Virus record (IMG/VR): IMGVR_UViG_3300032309_002624
Coordinates: 10,081 to 74,080 of that record
Direction: 5' to 3' (one strand)
Source: a virus
DNA length: 64,000 nt
In this document: in pieces, positions 39,043 through 49,229 of the stretch
Position numbering within the stretch: the stretch's first letter is position 1
Layout of the letters: every line of letters begins with the position of its first letter
Notes under the pieces: model-generated
Told to the model about the DNA's origin: nothing
Seen by the model: the letters and a program-made list of their open reading frames with translations, nothing else
Database searches by the model: none
Translations under genes and position numbers: made by a program

Positions 39043-41766
39043 ATGTTTACAGAACAAGAAATTGAATCGTTCCTACACGGAAACGACCCTGAAGAATTTA
39101 TAGTCGCTATTGAGTTCGACTACGCATCCAACTCCATTTTTAAAGTAAAAGAGATTCCTGGTAAAGGAAAAGAAATTCGTAAAGATACGTTTACTCCATT
39201 CGCGTGGGTAGGTGATTTACGAGACATCAACTTTTATGGTGGTTCAAAGGCTGCTCAGAAAGAAGCCATGACCAAACATGGTATAATGATTGATAAACTC
39301 GAAACACACGGAAACGAAAGATTACAAAAGGGTATGACGTATATTGTCAAATCTCTTAAGGGTTACCGTGAATTGGTTCAGTTTTTCAGAGAAGGTGGAT
39401 GTGACCCTTGGGGAGAGAGAACCAAGGATAAGGTTATGATTCTACCTCCTGTGGAACAATATCTAATATCAAAAGAAAAAAGATTATTCAAAGGATTTGA
39501 AGATTATAATCAAGTTACCAGACTTGTATTTGACTTGGAGACGACCTCTTTAGAACCTAAGGACGGTCGTATATTCATGATTGGAATTAAATCAAATAAG
39601 GGTTATCATAAAGTAATTGAATGTATTGATGAATCTCAAGAAAGAGGTGCCATCATAGAATTCTTTGATATCATAGACCAACTTAAACCAAGTATTATTG
39701 GTGGATATAATTCAGCGAACTTCGACTGGCATTGGATATTCGAAAGATGTTCTATCTTGAACATTGACCCGAAAAAGATTTGTAAATCCCTCCACCCACA
39801 ACATTCATTCACAAGAAAGGAAAGTATGTTAAAGCTTGCAAACGAAGTGGAACCGTTTACACAAACCTCAATTTGGGGTTATAATGTTATTGATATCATC
39901 CATGCTGTACGTAGAGCTCAAGCGATTAACTCGAGCATCAAATCCGCTGGTTTGAAATACATTACACAATATATTAATGCTGAAGCTCCTGACCGAGTAT
40001 ACATTGACCATTTGGATATTGGACCTTTCTACACTAAGAAAGAAGAATATTGGTTGAACATACAAAACGGTAATTACAGAAAAGTAGGTTTAGACCCTAA
40101 GATTGATACAATTTGTGAAAGTCGCGAGGACGTATACCTAAAAACTACAGGAGACAATTTGGTTGAAAGATATCTTGACGATGACTTGGATGAAACCCTC
40201 AAGGTAGACCAAGAGTTTAATCAAGGTTCATTCTTACTTGCGGCGATGATTCCAACAACCTACGAGAGAGTATCCACCATGGGTACGGCAACTCTATGGA
40301 AAATGTTGATGTTGGCTTGGTCGTACAAGAACAACTTAGCAATACCTGCCAAGGAATCGAAGACTGACTTCGTAGGAGGTCTTTCTCGACTACTTAAAGT
40401 TGGGTATAGTAAAGATGTACTCAAGCTCGACTTCTCGTCTCTATATCCTTCTATTCAACTTGTACATGATGTTTTTCCTGATTGTGATGTTACAGGTGCA
40501 ATGAAAGGAATGTTGAAGTGGTTCCGTGATACTCGTATCAAATACAAGAACTTGGCTGAGGAGTATTATACAATAGATAAGAAGAAGTCAGAATCATATG
40601 GTAATAAACAATTACCGATTAAGATTTTCATTAACTCCATGTTCGGTGCGTTGTCGGCTCCTCAGGTTTATGCATGGGGTGACATGTATATGGGAGAACA
40701 GATTACTTGTACGGGTAGACAATATCTTCGTCAGATGATTAGGTTCTTTATGTCAAAAGGTTATGTTCCTTTGGTAATGGATACTGACGGTGTGAACTTC
40801 TCAACTCCTCAAGATGCTAAGGATAGAGTTTATGTTGGTCGTGGTTTGAATTGGAAAGTTAAATTAGGTAAAGAATATTTTGGACCTGAAGCTGATGTTG
40901 CCGAATACAATGACATATTCATGAGAGGTGAAATGGCATTAGATACCGATGGTGTTTGGCCGTCATGTATCAATTTGGCTCGTAAGAACTATGCGGTTAT
41001 GGATGCTAAGGGTAAGATTAAATTAACGGGTAACAGTATCAAATCTAAGAAGTTACCAATATATATTGAGGAATTTTTAGACAAGGGTATTAAAATGTTA
41101 CTCAAGGGTGAGGGTAAGGAATTTGTTGAATATTACTATGAGTATCTACAGAAAATATTTGATAAGCAAATACCGTTATCTAAAATTGCTCAGAGAGCTA
41201 AAGTAAAGTTATCACTTGACGAATACAAAAAACGTTTGACAACCAAAACTAAAGCGGGTAATAGTATGTCAAGAATGGCACATATGGAGTTGGCAATAGA
41301 AAACAACTTGAATGTAAACCTAGGTGATATTATTTTGTACGTCAACAATGGAATCAAAGCATCACACGGTGATGTACAAAAAAAGGGTGATGGTGTACAA
41401 CTTAACTGTTACATGTTAGATAAAGATATTTTGGACAATGACCCAACATTGACAGGTGATTATAACGTTCCAAGAGCAATTGTTACATTCAACAAAAGAA
41501 TTGAACCCCTGATGGTAGTATTCAAGGACGACGTTAGAAATGGGTTGATTGTTGCTGACCCTGAAAAACGTGGGATATTCACCGCAGGTCAGTGTGAATT
41601 AATAAATGGACATCCGTTGTCTGATGGAGACCAAGACAGGTTACAAGAAGATGTATTAGACATCACAGAACAAGAATTGAAGTATTGGGAAAAAAGAGGA
41701 CTCAGTCCTAATTATATGTATGATTTAGCCGAAGAAGGGTGGGAAAATAAACTTATGACTGTTTAA
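39043..41766 (+). CDS. polB: Family B DNA polymerase
   Basis: Exonuclease motifs FDLET and GYNSANFD; polymerase motifs DFSSLYPS, KIFINSMFG, DTDG, KNYA. Confidence 0.95.
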   Translation: MFTEQEIESFLHGNDPEEFIVAIEFDYASNSIFKVKEIPGKGKEIRKDTFTPFAWVGDLRDINFYGGSKAAQKEAMTKHGIMIDKLETHGNERLQKGMTYIVKSLKGYRELVQFFREGGCDPWGERTKDKVMILPPVEQYLISKEKRLFKGFEDYNQVTRLVFDLETTSLEPKDGRIFMIGIKSNKGYHKVIECIDESQERGAIIEFFDIIDQLKPSIIGGYNSANFDWHWIFERCSILNIDPKKICKSLHPQHSFTRKESMLKLANEVEPFTQTSIWGYNVIDIIHAVRRAQAINSSIKSAGLKYITQYINAEAPDRVYIDHLDIGPFYTKKEEYWLNIQNGNYRKVGLDPKIDTICESREDVYLKTTGDNLVERYLDDDLDETLKVDQEFNQGSFLLAAMIPTTYERVSTMGTATLWKMLMLAWSYKNNLAIPAKESKTDFVGGLSRLLKVGYSKDVLKLDFSSLYPSIQLVHDVFPDCDVTGAMKGMLKWFRDTRIKYKNLAEEYYTIDKKKSESYGNKQLPIKIFINSMFGALSAPQVYAWGDMYMGEQITCTGRQYLRQMIRFFMSKGYVPLVMDTDGVNFSTPQDAKDRVYVGRGLNWKVKLGKEYFGPEADVAEYNDIFMRGEMALDTDGVWPSCINLARKNYAVMDAKGKIKLTGNSIKSKKLPIYIEEFLDKGIKMLLKGEGKEFVEYYYEYLQKIFDKQIPLSKIAQRAKVKLSLDEYKKRLTTKTKAGNSMSRMAHMELAIENNLNVNLGDIILYVNNGIKASHGDVQKKGDGVQLNCYMLDKDILDNDPTLTGDYNVPRAIVTFNKRIEPLMVVFKDDVRNGLIVADPEKRGIFTAGQCELINGHPLSDGDQDRLQEDVLDITEQELKYWEKRGLSPNYMYDLAEEGWENKLMTV

Positions 41767-42088
41767 GTCCATCAGATGAAAGGATATACCAATTTCCACC
41801 AACAAATCTAAATTCAATACAAGCAAACTTATCTACAACAACCTCATCATATTCCTCGTCGATTTTTCCGACATCAGGTCTTATGGTGAGGTTTGTCATT
41901 GACTTAACAACAATATGGTCGGTAGTTGATGAATCTAATGTAACAAACGATTGTGCAACTCCTCTAATGATGATACAACTTTCTCCGTTTGTTCTATAAT
42001 CTAACTCTGATACGACAGATATTTCTGAAGTATTAATTGCTATTCCATTAATTATTCTTCTTGACGGTATCGATTTTACTATTGCCAT
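41753..42088 (-). CDS. Hypothetical beta-rich structural protein
   Basis: 111-aa ORF downstream of the neck gene; ends ...GGNWYI. Confidence 0.6.
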   Translation of the reverse strand: MAIVKSIPSRRIINGIAINTSEISVVSELDYRTNGESCIIIRGVAQSFVTLDSSTTDHIVVKSMTNLTIRPDVGKIDEEYDEVVVDKFACIEFRFVGGNWYILSSDGLKQS

Positions 42089-42092
42089 AAAA

Positions 42093-43220
42093 TTATATTA
42101 CGTATATTTGTCGAGGCATTGCTCTAAATTTCATTTGTTTATTCAAATTTTCTGCAATAAGAGCTTCTCTCTCCATTACTTTTTCAGGTCTCATTCTCGT
42201 TAACCAACCTTCAGCCCCGATGAGTTCTTCTATTAGTTTAGTTTTTTCATCTTTAGCTTCGGTCAATAAACTTTGATAGTCCATTGTAATCTCGGTGTCA
42301 GGTGTTTTAAGGTTACCACTGTACTTACCCCTAACTCTTGCTAAGGTTTCTTTACAATATGCGGTAAACCATCTTCTAACCCATTGTTGTCCTGGTACAT
42401 TCAAGTCAGACCAAGTTAACTCTTCAATCGGAACGTCAGTAGGTAATTTAATAATATCAGGATTATTTTTGAGACAATCCGCTCTACTATCAGGTTCAAC
42501 ATCGTAATACCAATACCAAACCGCTTTACCAACGTATAGGTTATAGTTAGCCCAATTGAACTTACCTCCTGGTGTGTTGTACAAATGGATTAACTTTTTA
42601 CCGTCAGGTAAACCTGTTATTCTATAGGTTAAAGAACCCCCTAAAATTCTGTTTAGAATATTGGCTTCTTGCATTCTAATCAAGTAATCAAAACCTGACA
42701 TCATAAAGTAAGAACCCTGATAACCCATTTGAGCGTATCCAGCTTCAGTTGCTCCTAATCCTACACCACCCATACCAAATCCACCAATTCCTCCCAAACC
42801 AAATGCACTCCAAGCTTGGTTTGAAAACCATAAAAGTTCATTTACTTCTCTACCTGCGGGGATTTCATATGTTTGTGTGTTAGCACTTAATATGAAGTAA
42901 TCTTTCTTTAAAACCCATGGACCTTCTGTTTGAAGTCCAACAATCTTAGAATACGAGTAACTAAACTGTTGTTCAAAATCCATTGTTCTTGTAACAAGGG
43001 CTCTTGCAACAGACCTTTCGTTCATGTTCAAGTTAACAAGGTTAACCCACTGTGAATCAATCAACCATTGGAGAATATATTCTTCATAATCTCCAATTGA
43101 TAATTCCATTAACGAGTCCATCATTTCATCTTCAAGTTCAACACTTCTGAGTGGTGCACCTAATTGATGTTTAATCCTCGTATATATTCTACTTCTTTCT
43201 GGTTCTGGTAATGCTGCCAT
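42093..43220 (-). CDS. Neck/head-tail adaptor protein (T4 gp13-like)
   Basis: RIKHQLGAP..SVEL; C-terminal WVRRWFTAYCKETLARVRGKYSG. Confidence 0.8.
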   Translation of the reverse strand: MAALPEPERSRIYTRIKHQLGAPLRSVELEDEMMDSLMELSIGDYEEYILQWLIDSQWVNLVNLNMNERSVARALVTRTMDFEQQFSYSYSKIVGLQTEGPWVLKKDYFILSANTQTYEIPAGREVNELLWFSNQAWSAFGLGGIGGFGMGGVGLGATEAGYAQMGYQGSYFMMSGFDYLIRMQEANILNRILGGSLTYRITGLPDGKKLIHLYNTPGGKFNWANYNLYVGKAVWYWYYDVEPDSRADCLKNNPDIIKLPTDVPIEELTWSDLNVPGQQWVRRWFTAYCKETLARVRGKYSGNLKTPDTEITMDYQSLLTEAKDEKTKLIEELIGAEGWLTRMRPEKVMEREALIAENLNKQMKFRAMPRQIYVI

Positions 43221-43238
43221 ATCAAATAAATATCTTTA

Positions 43239-44777
43239 TTATTCTATTTCGTGTATTAAAGACGATTCATCAAAAATATATTGATAGTGGTCTTTAATTG
43301 GATTATTTTCGAATATTAAAATCTCGTTATTTTTCGTGTTGATAAATACCAACCAATTTACGTTGTAGGGTTTAACGTTTCCAGTATTGAATACAGTTAT
43401 TTTACCATTTTCTGTTTTGGTATTTGAAAACGGTTTAACTTGAGCGGTATATTTTTTGTCTCCTAAATTGATGATTAAATCAATACCTTTAAATGCGTCT
43501 GTTTTTTGTCCGTGACCACCAATTTTTTCTACAGAAGAATCGGGTCCAAAATACCCTTCCATTTTCTTAAGAACTTGGTCTTCAGATTTCTGACCTCTAT
43601 CCCAAAGTTTTTTTAAAACTTTGATGATGTTAATAAAGTCCTCGTTGTTTCTTGTAAAAATTTCTTTTTTGAAATGGTCTAAGGCTTTGATTAATCTTAC
43701 AACTTCTGATGGAGTTCTTTTCTCTTTTTGACCAAAGTCAAACTTTTTCTCTGGTTTACCTATATTATCTATTTGACGATTGACTGCTTTGGTTAATAAA
43801 CAAAAAGTGTTGAAGTTTGTGTTCAAATTATTCAGAACCGACCTTCCCTCTTTTGATTCAACTCCGTAGAAACCTGACATTTCTTTAGTGTTACCTTCGA
43901 CCCAAAATTGATTGAATACTTTCTTTAAAACATCGGTAACTCCATCTTGATAGATTCTTTTTATTTTAGAGTTGTTAATTAATTCACGGTAGGCATTTAT
44001 TTCGTTTGAGTCACAGAACTCAGGTTCTTTAGATTCTTTCAGAAGGTTTTCCATTTGGTTAGATTCCAAAAGTTTTGTTTCTGTTTTCATTTCGTATAAT
44101 TTGGATACAAAATCCCAATTCACCACTTTCCAAAAGTTTGCAATGTATTCATCTCTCTTGTTTCTGTATTTTAGATAATACGCGTGTTCCCATAGGTCTA
44201 AACCTAATAGTGGAAAACCACCCCCTTCAATAACATTCATCAATGGATTGTCTTGATTTGGAGTCGACATAATTTTCAGTGTGTTTTTTGCGGTTAATAC
44301 TAACCAAACCCAACCTGAACCAAATCTATCTTTTGCAATTGTTTCAAATTTTTTCTTGAATGTTGGGAAACTACCGAATTCTTTTGTGATTTTTTTATAA
44401 AGTTCACCTTCGAGTTTCTTTGGTTTCGGGGTTAACATGTTCCAAAACAATGCGTGATTGAATGCTCCACCAGCATTATTTCTTATCGATTTATCAAAAC
44501 GACTTATAGTTTTGATTATCTGTTCAAGTTCTAAATCCCCGTATTTTTTCTTAGATAATGCGTCGTTTAGTTTGTCTACGTACCCTTTATAGTGTTTGTT
44601 ATAATGAAAGTCCATCGTTTCTGGGTCAATGAACTGTTTCAGGGCTGAGTAAGAATAGGGTAGTTTTTCTATTCCAATTTTTTTCATTTCTGTGATTAAC
44701 AACTCTTTTTCTCGGTTAACTTTTTGTTCTACTATTTGTGTCTCGAGTTGTTGAATCTTCTCTTCTATTTTATTCAT
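43239..44777 (-). CDS. Mn/Fe superoxide dismutase fused to a C-terminal PD-(D/E)xK-like domain
   Basis: LPY, H..KH, GGAFNH, FGSGW, NQD, DLWEHAYY (aa ~35-230); C-terminal E...GIDL...AQVK. Confidence 0.85.
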   Translation of the reverse strand: MNKIEEKIQQLETQIVEQKVNREKELLITEMKKIGIEKLPYSYSALKQFIDPETMDFHYNKHYKGYVDKLNDALSKKKYGDLELEQIIKTISRFDKSIRNNAGGAFNHALFWNMLTPKPKKLEGELYKKITKEFGSFPTFKKKFETIAKDRFGSGWVWLVLTAKNTLKIMSTPNQDNPLMNVIEGGGFPLLGLDLWEHAYYLKYRNKRDEYIANFWKVVNWDFVSKLYEMKTETKLLESNQMENLLKESKEPEFCDSNEINAYRELINNSKIKRIYQDGVTDVLKKVFNQFWVEGNTKEMSGFYGVESKEGRSVLNNLNTNFNTFCLLTKAVNRQIDNIGKPEKKFDFGQKEKRTPSEVVRLIKALDHFKKEIFTRNNEDFINIIKVLKKLWDRGQKSEDQVLKKMEGYFGPDSSVEKIGGHGQKTDAFKGIDLIINLGDKKYTAQVKPFSNTKTENGKITVFNTGNVKPYNVNWLVFINTKNNEILIFENNPIKDHYQYIFDESSLIHEIE

Positions 44778-44817
44778 GTTCGGATTATTCTTTGATTATA
44801 AATAATCCAGTATTTGG

Positions 44818-46572
44818 TTATTTTCTAATTTCATTAATTCTCTTTAGAATTTCTTCCGCGGTGTCGGAGGTGTTTTGGTTATCACCCATCACTGTTGCGA
44901 TTACCTGTTTCTTGTTGTTTAGTATATCATATATGATACCTTCGATTGTGTTTTCGAATATTGGATAGTAAACTAATACGTTATTTTTTTGTCCGTATCG
45001 GTATGCTCTATCTTCTGCTTGTGCGTGGTCTGATGGTAAAAATGATAGGTCATTCATTATTACGGCCTCACCAGCGGTTAATGTTAAACCAACACCCGCC
45101 GCTTTTATATTTCCTACAAAAACTTTCACCTTTTCGTTTTCTTGGAAACTATCTACGCTGTGTTGTCTTTCTGGTTTTGACATAGACCCGTCAACTTTCA
45201 CGGCCGCTTTACCGAAGTGTTGGCAGATTTTATTTAGTGAATCTGTAAAATTACAAAATATTATCACTTTTTTATCTTGCTCGATAATATTTTCGGCAAG
45301 TTCAATCGTTTCATTTATTTTTTCATCCGCAATAATTTGTCTCACCTTTGTAAGTTTGGTAAATTGAACTGTTAAAGATTTGGACTCCTCAGGATTTTTA
45401 TCGTACCAATCGTAGTACTCACCCATAACTTCTTCATATGCTTTTGATTTTAATCTCAGATAGACAGGAGTAATAATTTTTTCAGGAAGGTCTAATACGT
45501 TTTCTTTTAATCTTCTTAACACAAGACCAACAGTCCTGTCTCTAAGTTCTTCAAGGTTTGAGGAACCTGTGACATTCCAAACTTTTCTACCTCCAACATT
45601 AAATTGATATCCACTACAATATCTGATAGCATATGCCATCCAGTTTTTGGCGACAGGAGATTCAATAAGATTGAGTAGATTGAAATAGTCCATAGGTCTT
45701 GAGGTCATTGGAGTACCTGTTAACAACCATAACCTATCAACTCTTTTGGCAATATCGTTAATTAATTTCGTTCTTTGTGCGGTAGGATTTTTGATATAGT
45801 GTGCTTCATCAACGACCACCAAATCAAAATTGGCATCAATAATTTGCGATTCATCTTTTTTCTTAGTGTCATGAAAGTTTTTTATAATATCGTAGTTTAT
45901 AATTACAAAGTCGTGTTCTGTACTAAAACTTTTACCTTCAGATATGAATATTGACCTGTCTGAGTAATTTTCAATTTCACGTTTCCAGTTAATTTTTAAT
46001 GTTGCTGGACAAATAATAAGGACTTTTTTAGCTCCTGTTTCTAATGCGGCGATGATTGTTGAGGTTGTCTTTCCAAGACCCATATCGTCGGCCAAGATAA
46101 ACTTTTTATTTTCAACAAGTTTTTGAATTGCCTCTTTTTGATGTTCCAATGGAGGCCTGTGTGAATATTTGTCGTAGTTGAGTACTACGTCTTTTACAGT
46201 ATTATCTTTAATGATTGCCGCTTTTGGTAACCAGAAGTCGTGTAGTTCTTCGTGGTCAAACACCTTTCCCCAAATATGGTAAGCCTTTTCTTTATCGGCT
46301 AATAGTTTTTCCACCCATACCTTTTTTGGTATTTCAGTATACAACTTATCGTCAGCCATTTTTTGTGCAAAGTAAGAATCAAGTATCACCCACTTTTTTG
46401 CAACCTTTGGTTGTTTATCGTGAAATGAAATGATGTACTCTGATTGACTTCTTGTTGGGTAGAATTTTTTATTAATTTTAGATTTTCTTTTTAGTTCAAG
46501 CAAATAATTGTTCCCACCCTCATAGGCTTCTAATAGAGACAACGCTTTTGATTCTAAACTAATATTTTCCAT
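44818..46572 (-). CDS. SNF2-family (SMARCAL1/HARP-like) helicase/translocase
   Basis: DDMGLGKT, DEAH, LTGTP, LRR, GVGLTL, QAEDRAYRYGQ. Confidence 0.92.
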   Translation of the reverse strand: MENISLESKALSLLEAYEGGNNYLLELKRKSKINKKFYPTRSQSEYIISFHDKQPKVAKKWVILDSYFAQKMADDKLYTEIPKKVWVEKLLADKEKAYHIWGKVFDHEELHDFWLPKAAIIKDNTVKDVVLNYDKYSHRPPLEHQKEAIQKLVENKKFILADDMGLGKTTSTIIAALETGAKKVLIICPATLKINWKREIENYSDRSIFISEGKSFSTEHDFVIINYDIIKNFHDTKKKDESQIIDANFDLVVVDEAHYIKNPTAQRTKLINDIAKRVDRLWLLTGTPMTSRPMDYFNLLNLIESPVAKNWMAYAIRYCSGYQFNVGGRKVWNVTGSSNLEELRDRTVGLVLRRLKENVLDLPEKIITPVYLRLKSKAYEEVMGEYYDWYDKNPEESKSLTVQFTKLTKVRQIIADEKINETIELAENIIEQDKKVIIFCNFTDSLNKICQHFGKAAVKVDGSMSKPERQHSVDSFQENEKVKVFVGNIKAAGVGLTLTAGEAVIMNDLSFLPSDHAQAEDRAYRYGQKNNVLVYYPIFENTIEGIIYDILNNKKQVIATVMGDNQNTSDTAEEILKRINEIRK

Positions 46573-46940
46573 TATTCGAAATGAACACCATTACCATAGT
46601 TTATTAATAGTTCTTCTTCTTCATCTATATCCCTTAATGCGTAGAATATAAAAGTTCTGTCTTTTTCATTGGTATACCACTCAACGCTTGGTGTTTCTGA
46701 GTGATTGTAATAAGACCCATAACCTAAAACCAATGCGTGTTCCCTCCAATCCCGAGACCGTGGAAAACAGAACGTGTAGTTAGAGAATACCGGTATCGTT
46801 TCATTGTGGCTTTGAGGAAAAGAAAGAAAAGGGCAAACGTCTATAATATCACCCTTGGTTATCGGCTGAGAAGAAAAAACTCCTAAATTATGTAAGGAAC
46901 TATTCTTAAGGTAAATTTTTGTTGGAGGTGCAATTTTCAT
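46572..46940 (-). CDS. SET-domain lysine methyltransferase
   Basis: S..H.LGVF, GYGSYYNHS, ALRDI..EEELLINYG. Likely start is the ATG at 46940. Confidence 0.88.
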   Translation of the reverse strand: MKIAPPTKIYLKNSSLHNLGVFSSQPITKGDIIDVCPFLSFPQSHNETIPVFSNYTFCFPRSRDWREHALVLGYGSYYNHSETPSVEWYTNEKDRTFIFYALRDIDEEEELLINYGNGVHFE

Positions 46941-46950
46941 ATTTGAGTTA

Positions 46951-46979
46951 AATATAGTTATATAATGAGTATTTATCAA
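46951..46979 (-). promoter_or_regulatory. Possible sigma70-like promoter for the SET/SNF2 operon
   Basis: The minus strand reads TTGATA-N17-TATATT upstream of the ATG at 46940. Confidence 0.35.
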
Positions 46980-46982
46980 TAT

Positions 46983-47495
46983 ATGCAAAAATTAGTTCCA
47001 ATAACAAGGTTAGGTAAATTCTTCGGGGCCGAGGATTATGATTTAGATATCGGTATGGGAGAGGAGTGGTTATTAGGTGACATGAATTTTACCGTAGTTC
47101 TATATCGTATTGATAGAATAAAAACAGAAACAGACAATGTGTATGGTGAAGTTTTGGAAGATGGTATACAGTTTTTAGCTCCTGTAGAATTGAAGGGATT
47201 GGTACAGGTTATGGCACCGACAAACAAATTACTTGGTAATTCTAAAATTGAACAACAGGAGCCGGGTAATATGAAGTTTAGTATATATCAAAAAACCCTT
47301 GATGATTTGGGGGTTGAAATATTCTTGGGTGATTATTTGGGGTATTATGAAACTGAGGACCGAGTTAGATATTACGTTGTTAGTGATGATGGTTATGTTA
47401 AGTCCGATAACAAGCACACATATGGTGGATATAAACCGTTCTACAGAACTGTTATGGCAACATATGTAAGTGAAAACGAATTCAGAGGAATATAA
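46983..47495 (+). CDS. Head-closure/neck protein (T4 gp14-like)
   Basis: VVLYRID...DNVYGE motif and position among neck genes. Likely start is the ATG at 46983, just after TATTTAT. Confidence 0.6.
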   Translation: MQKLVPITRLGKFFGAEDYDLDIGMGEEWLLGDMNFTVVLYRIDRIKTETDNVYGEVLEDGIQFLAPVELKGLVQVMAPTNKLLGNSKIEQQEPGNMKFSIYQKTLDDLGVEIFLGDYLGYYETEDRVRYYVVSDDGYVKSDNKHTYGGYKPFYRTVMATYVSENEFRGI

Positions 47496-47908
47496 TGAAC
47501 GTTGTGATTACAGAATCTCAATTCGATTCCCTTTTTTTAGGTAAAAAAGTTATGGTATACTTTAATCTACATAAAAAAACATTTTCTGTGTCTTATGATA
47601 ATAAGGTCATAATGCACGCGGACTATGTAAAATTGGGAGATGTTGAGTTCAGAGTTAGAACAGGTGGTAGAGATAGAGTTAGGTCTGAAAAACAAAAGAA
47701 CGTACACGCGTTTGTTATTGGAAATTTGTTAGAGTATTGTGAATATCCTTGTAAAAATATTCCAAATCCTCCATCAACTAATATTATAACATATAACCCA
47801 TACAAAAACGAAACCTTTGTATATAAAGATGGTGGTCAGCCAATATACACAGCAAAGGAAGTTGATATGATTAATTCAACCAATAAATTATTTGTAGTAA
47901 AGAAATAA
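47495..47908 (+). CDS. Conserved phage hypothetical protein with VITESQ leader
   Basis: VYFNLHKK.FSV, GR.RV..EKQKNVHAFV.G, YNPY motifs. Confidence 0.7.
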   Translation: MNVVITESQFDSLFLGKKVMVYFNLHKKTFSVSYDNKVIMHADYVKLGDVEFRVRTGGRDRVRSEKQKNVHAFVIGNLLEYCEYPCKNIPNPPSTNIITYNPYKNETFVYKDGGQPIYTAKEVDMINSTNKLFVVKK

Positions 47909-47909
47909 G

Positions 47910-48950
47910 ATGTCATTACCAAAACAGGTTAAACCTACATTACCTTTAGTTCCAAAAAAAGAATTGTCTGCTCGTAGAGAACAATTGCTTGAATTTATCA
48001 ATAAGGATGGAACGTATTTACCCAAATCGGTTTTACATGCGGATTTGGATAGAGGAATGTTGGATTTTGTTAAAGAAGAATTAAAAGTTGTAACCGCGGG
48101 TAAAATCGTCCCGATGGTTGATATTATTATAACGACTCAGAACTGGGCACAATATTCTGAAACCGCTCTGTTTTCAAATCTCGACTTCAATCCTGAGCCT
48201 CCGTTTATTACAGTGGTAAGACAACCAGAGGTTAAGTTTGGAACAAACCCATCGTTACAATACACTATACCAAATAGAAAACAATTTTATTATGCCTCCG
48301 TCCCAACGTGGAATGGTAATGAACAAGGTATGGACATTTATACAATACCTCAACCAGTTCCTGTTGATATTAATTACAGTGTGAAGATTATCTGTAATAG
48401 AATGAGAGAGTTGAATCAACTTAATAAGATTGTTATGCAGAAGTTTTCTTCAAGACAAGCATACACCTTTATTAAAGGACAGTACGTTCCAATCATAATG
48501 AATAATATTTCTGATGAATCTCAAACAACATTAGAATCAAGAAAATATTTTATACAAAATTATGATTTTACAATGTTGGGTTATTTGATTGACGAAGAAG
48601 AGTTTCAAGTAAAGCCTGCAATCGCAAGAGTTGCACAAATAATGGAGTTGGATACAACAGTATTGAAAGGTAGAAGAGACAAGTTTCCAAAAAATCCTGA
48701 TGAATTTTTATCCAACTTTTTATATGTTGTAGGAAGAACAAGTTTGAGTGATGTTATTGATTTCACAGCAAACCTATCATTCATTGATTCAACGAATGTT
48801 GAAAGTTACGATGTTTATATCAATGAAGATTATTATGGTAGTGATGTACAGGAAATTCAAATCACAACGAACGATGTTTTAAGAATAGACATAGTAAAAA
48901 CTGACAACACAAAAGAATCTTTGATTAAGTTCGAATCTAAGTTAGTTTAA
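47910..48950 (+). CDS. Tail terminator/completion protein (gp15/gp3-like)
   Basis: PQPVPVDINYSV motif; position between neck and sheath genes. Confidence 0.55.
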   Translation: MSLPKQVKPTLPLVPKKELSARREQLLEFINKDGTYLPKSVLHADLDRGMLDFVKEELKVVTAGKIVPMVDIIITTQNWAQYSETALFSNLDFNPEPPFITVVRQPEVKFGTNPSLQYTIPNRKQFYYASVPTWNGNEQGMDIYTIPQPVPVDINYSVKIICNRMRELNQLNKIVMQKFSSRQAYTFIKGQYVPIIMNNISDESQTTLESRKYFIQNYDFTMLGYLIDEEEFQVKPAIARVAQIMELDTTVLKGRRDKFPKNPDEFLSNFLYVVGRTSLSDVIDFTANLSFIDSTNVESYDVYINEDYYGSDVQEIQITTNDVLRIDIVKTDNTKESLIKFESKLV

Positions 48951-49108
48951 TCTTCTCCGTATATATCTTTTTTTTCTTTACACTTTTCGAGGATTAGGTT
49001 TTCAAGAAATTTATAAATCTTTATTCCTCGTTTATCACAGTACTTTTTCAGTATCTCATGTACTTCAGGTGATATTTTAATGTTCTTTATTTCTTTGGTT
49101 GTTTTCAT
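48947..49108 (-). CDS. Small ribbon-helix-helix-like DNA-binding protein (53 aa)
   Basis: Manually translated: MKTTKEIKNIKISPEVHEILKKYCDKRGIKIYKFLENLILEKCKEKKDIYGED. It is below the ORF-track length cutoff. Confidence 0.7.
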   Translation of the reverse strand: MKTTKEIKNIKISPEVHEILKKYCDKRGIKIYKFLENLILEKCKEKKDIYGED

Positions 49109-49229
49109 AGGTAGAAAAAAGGCAGAATTAATTCATACTCTTTACAAATAGATATTCAAAAGTCAAGTTTTTTCATTCAGACACTAATATTTATCAATAA
49201 AATAAATCTGCAATAGAATAATTTAAAGA

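Noticed and set aside
39043-46572. Inteins or introns in PolB or the SNF2 helicase
   Set aside because: The motifs are contiguous, the lengths are ordinary and no splicing or homing-endonuclease motifs were seen.
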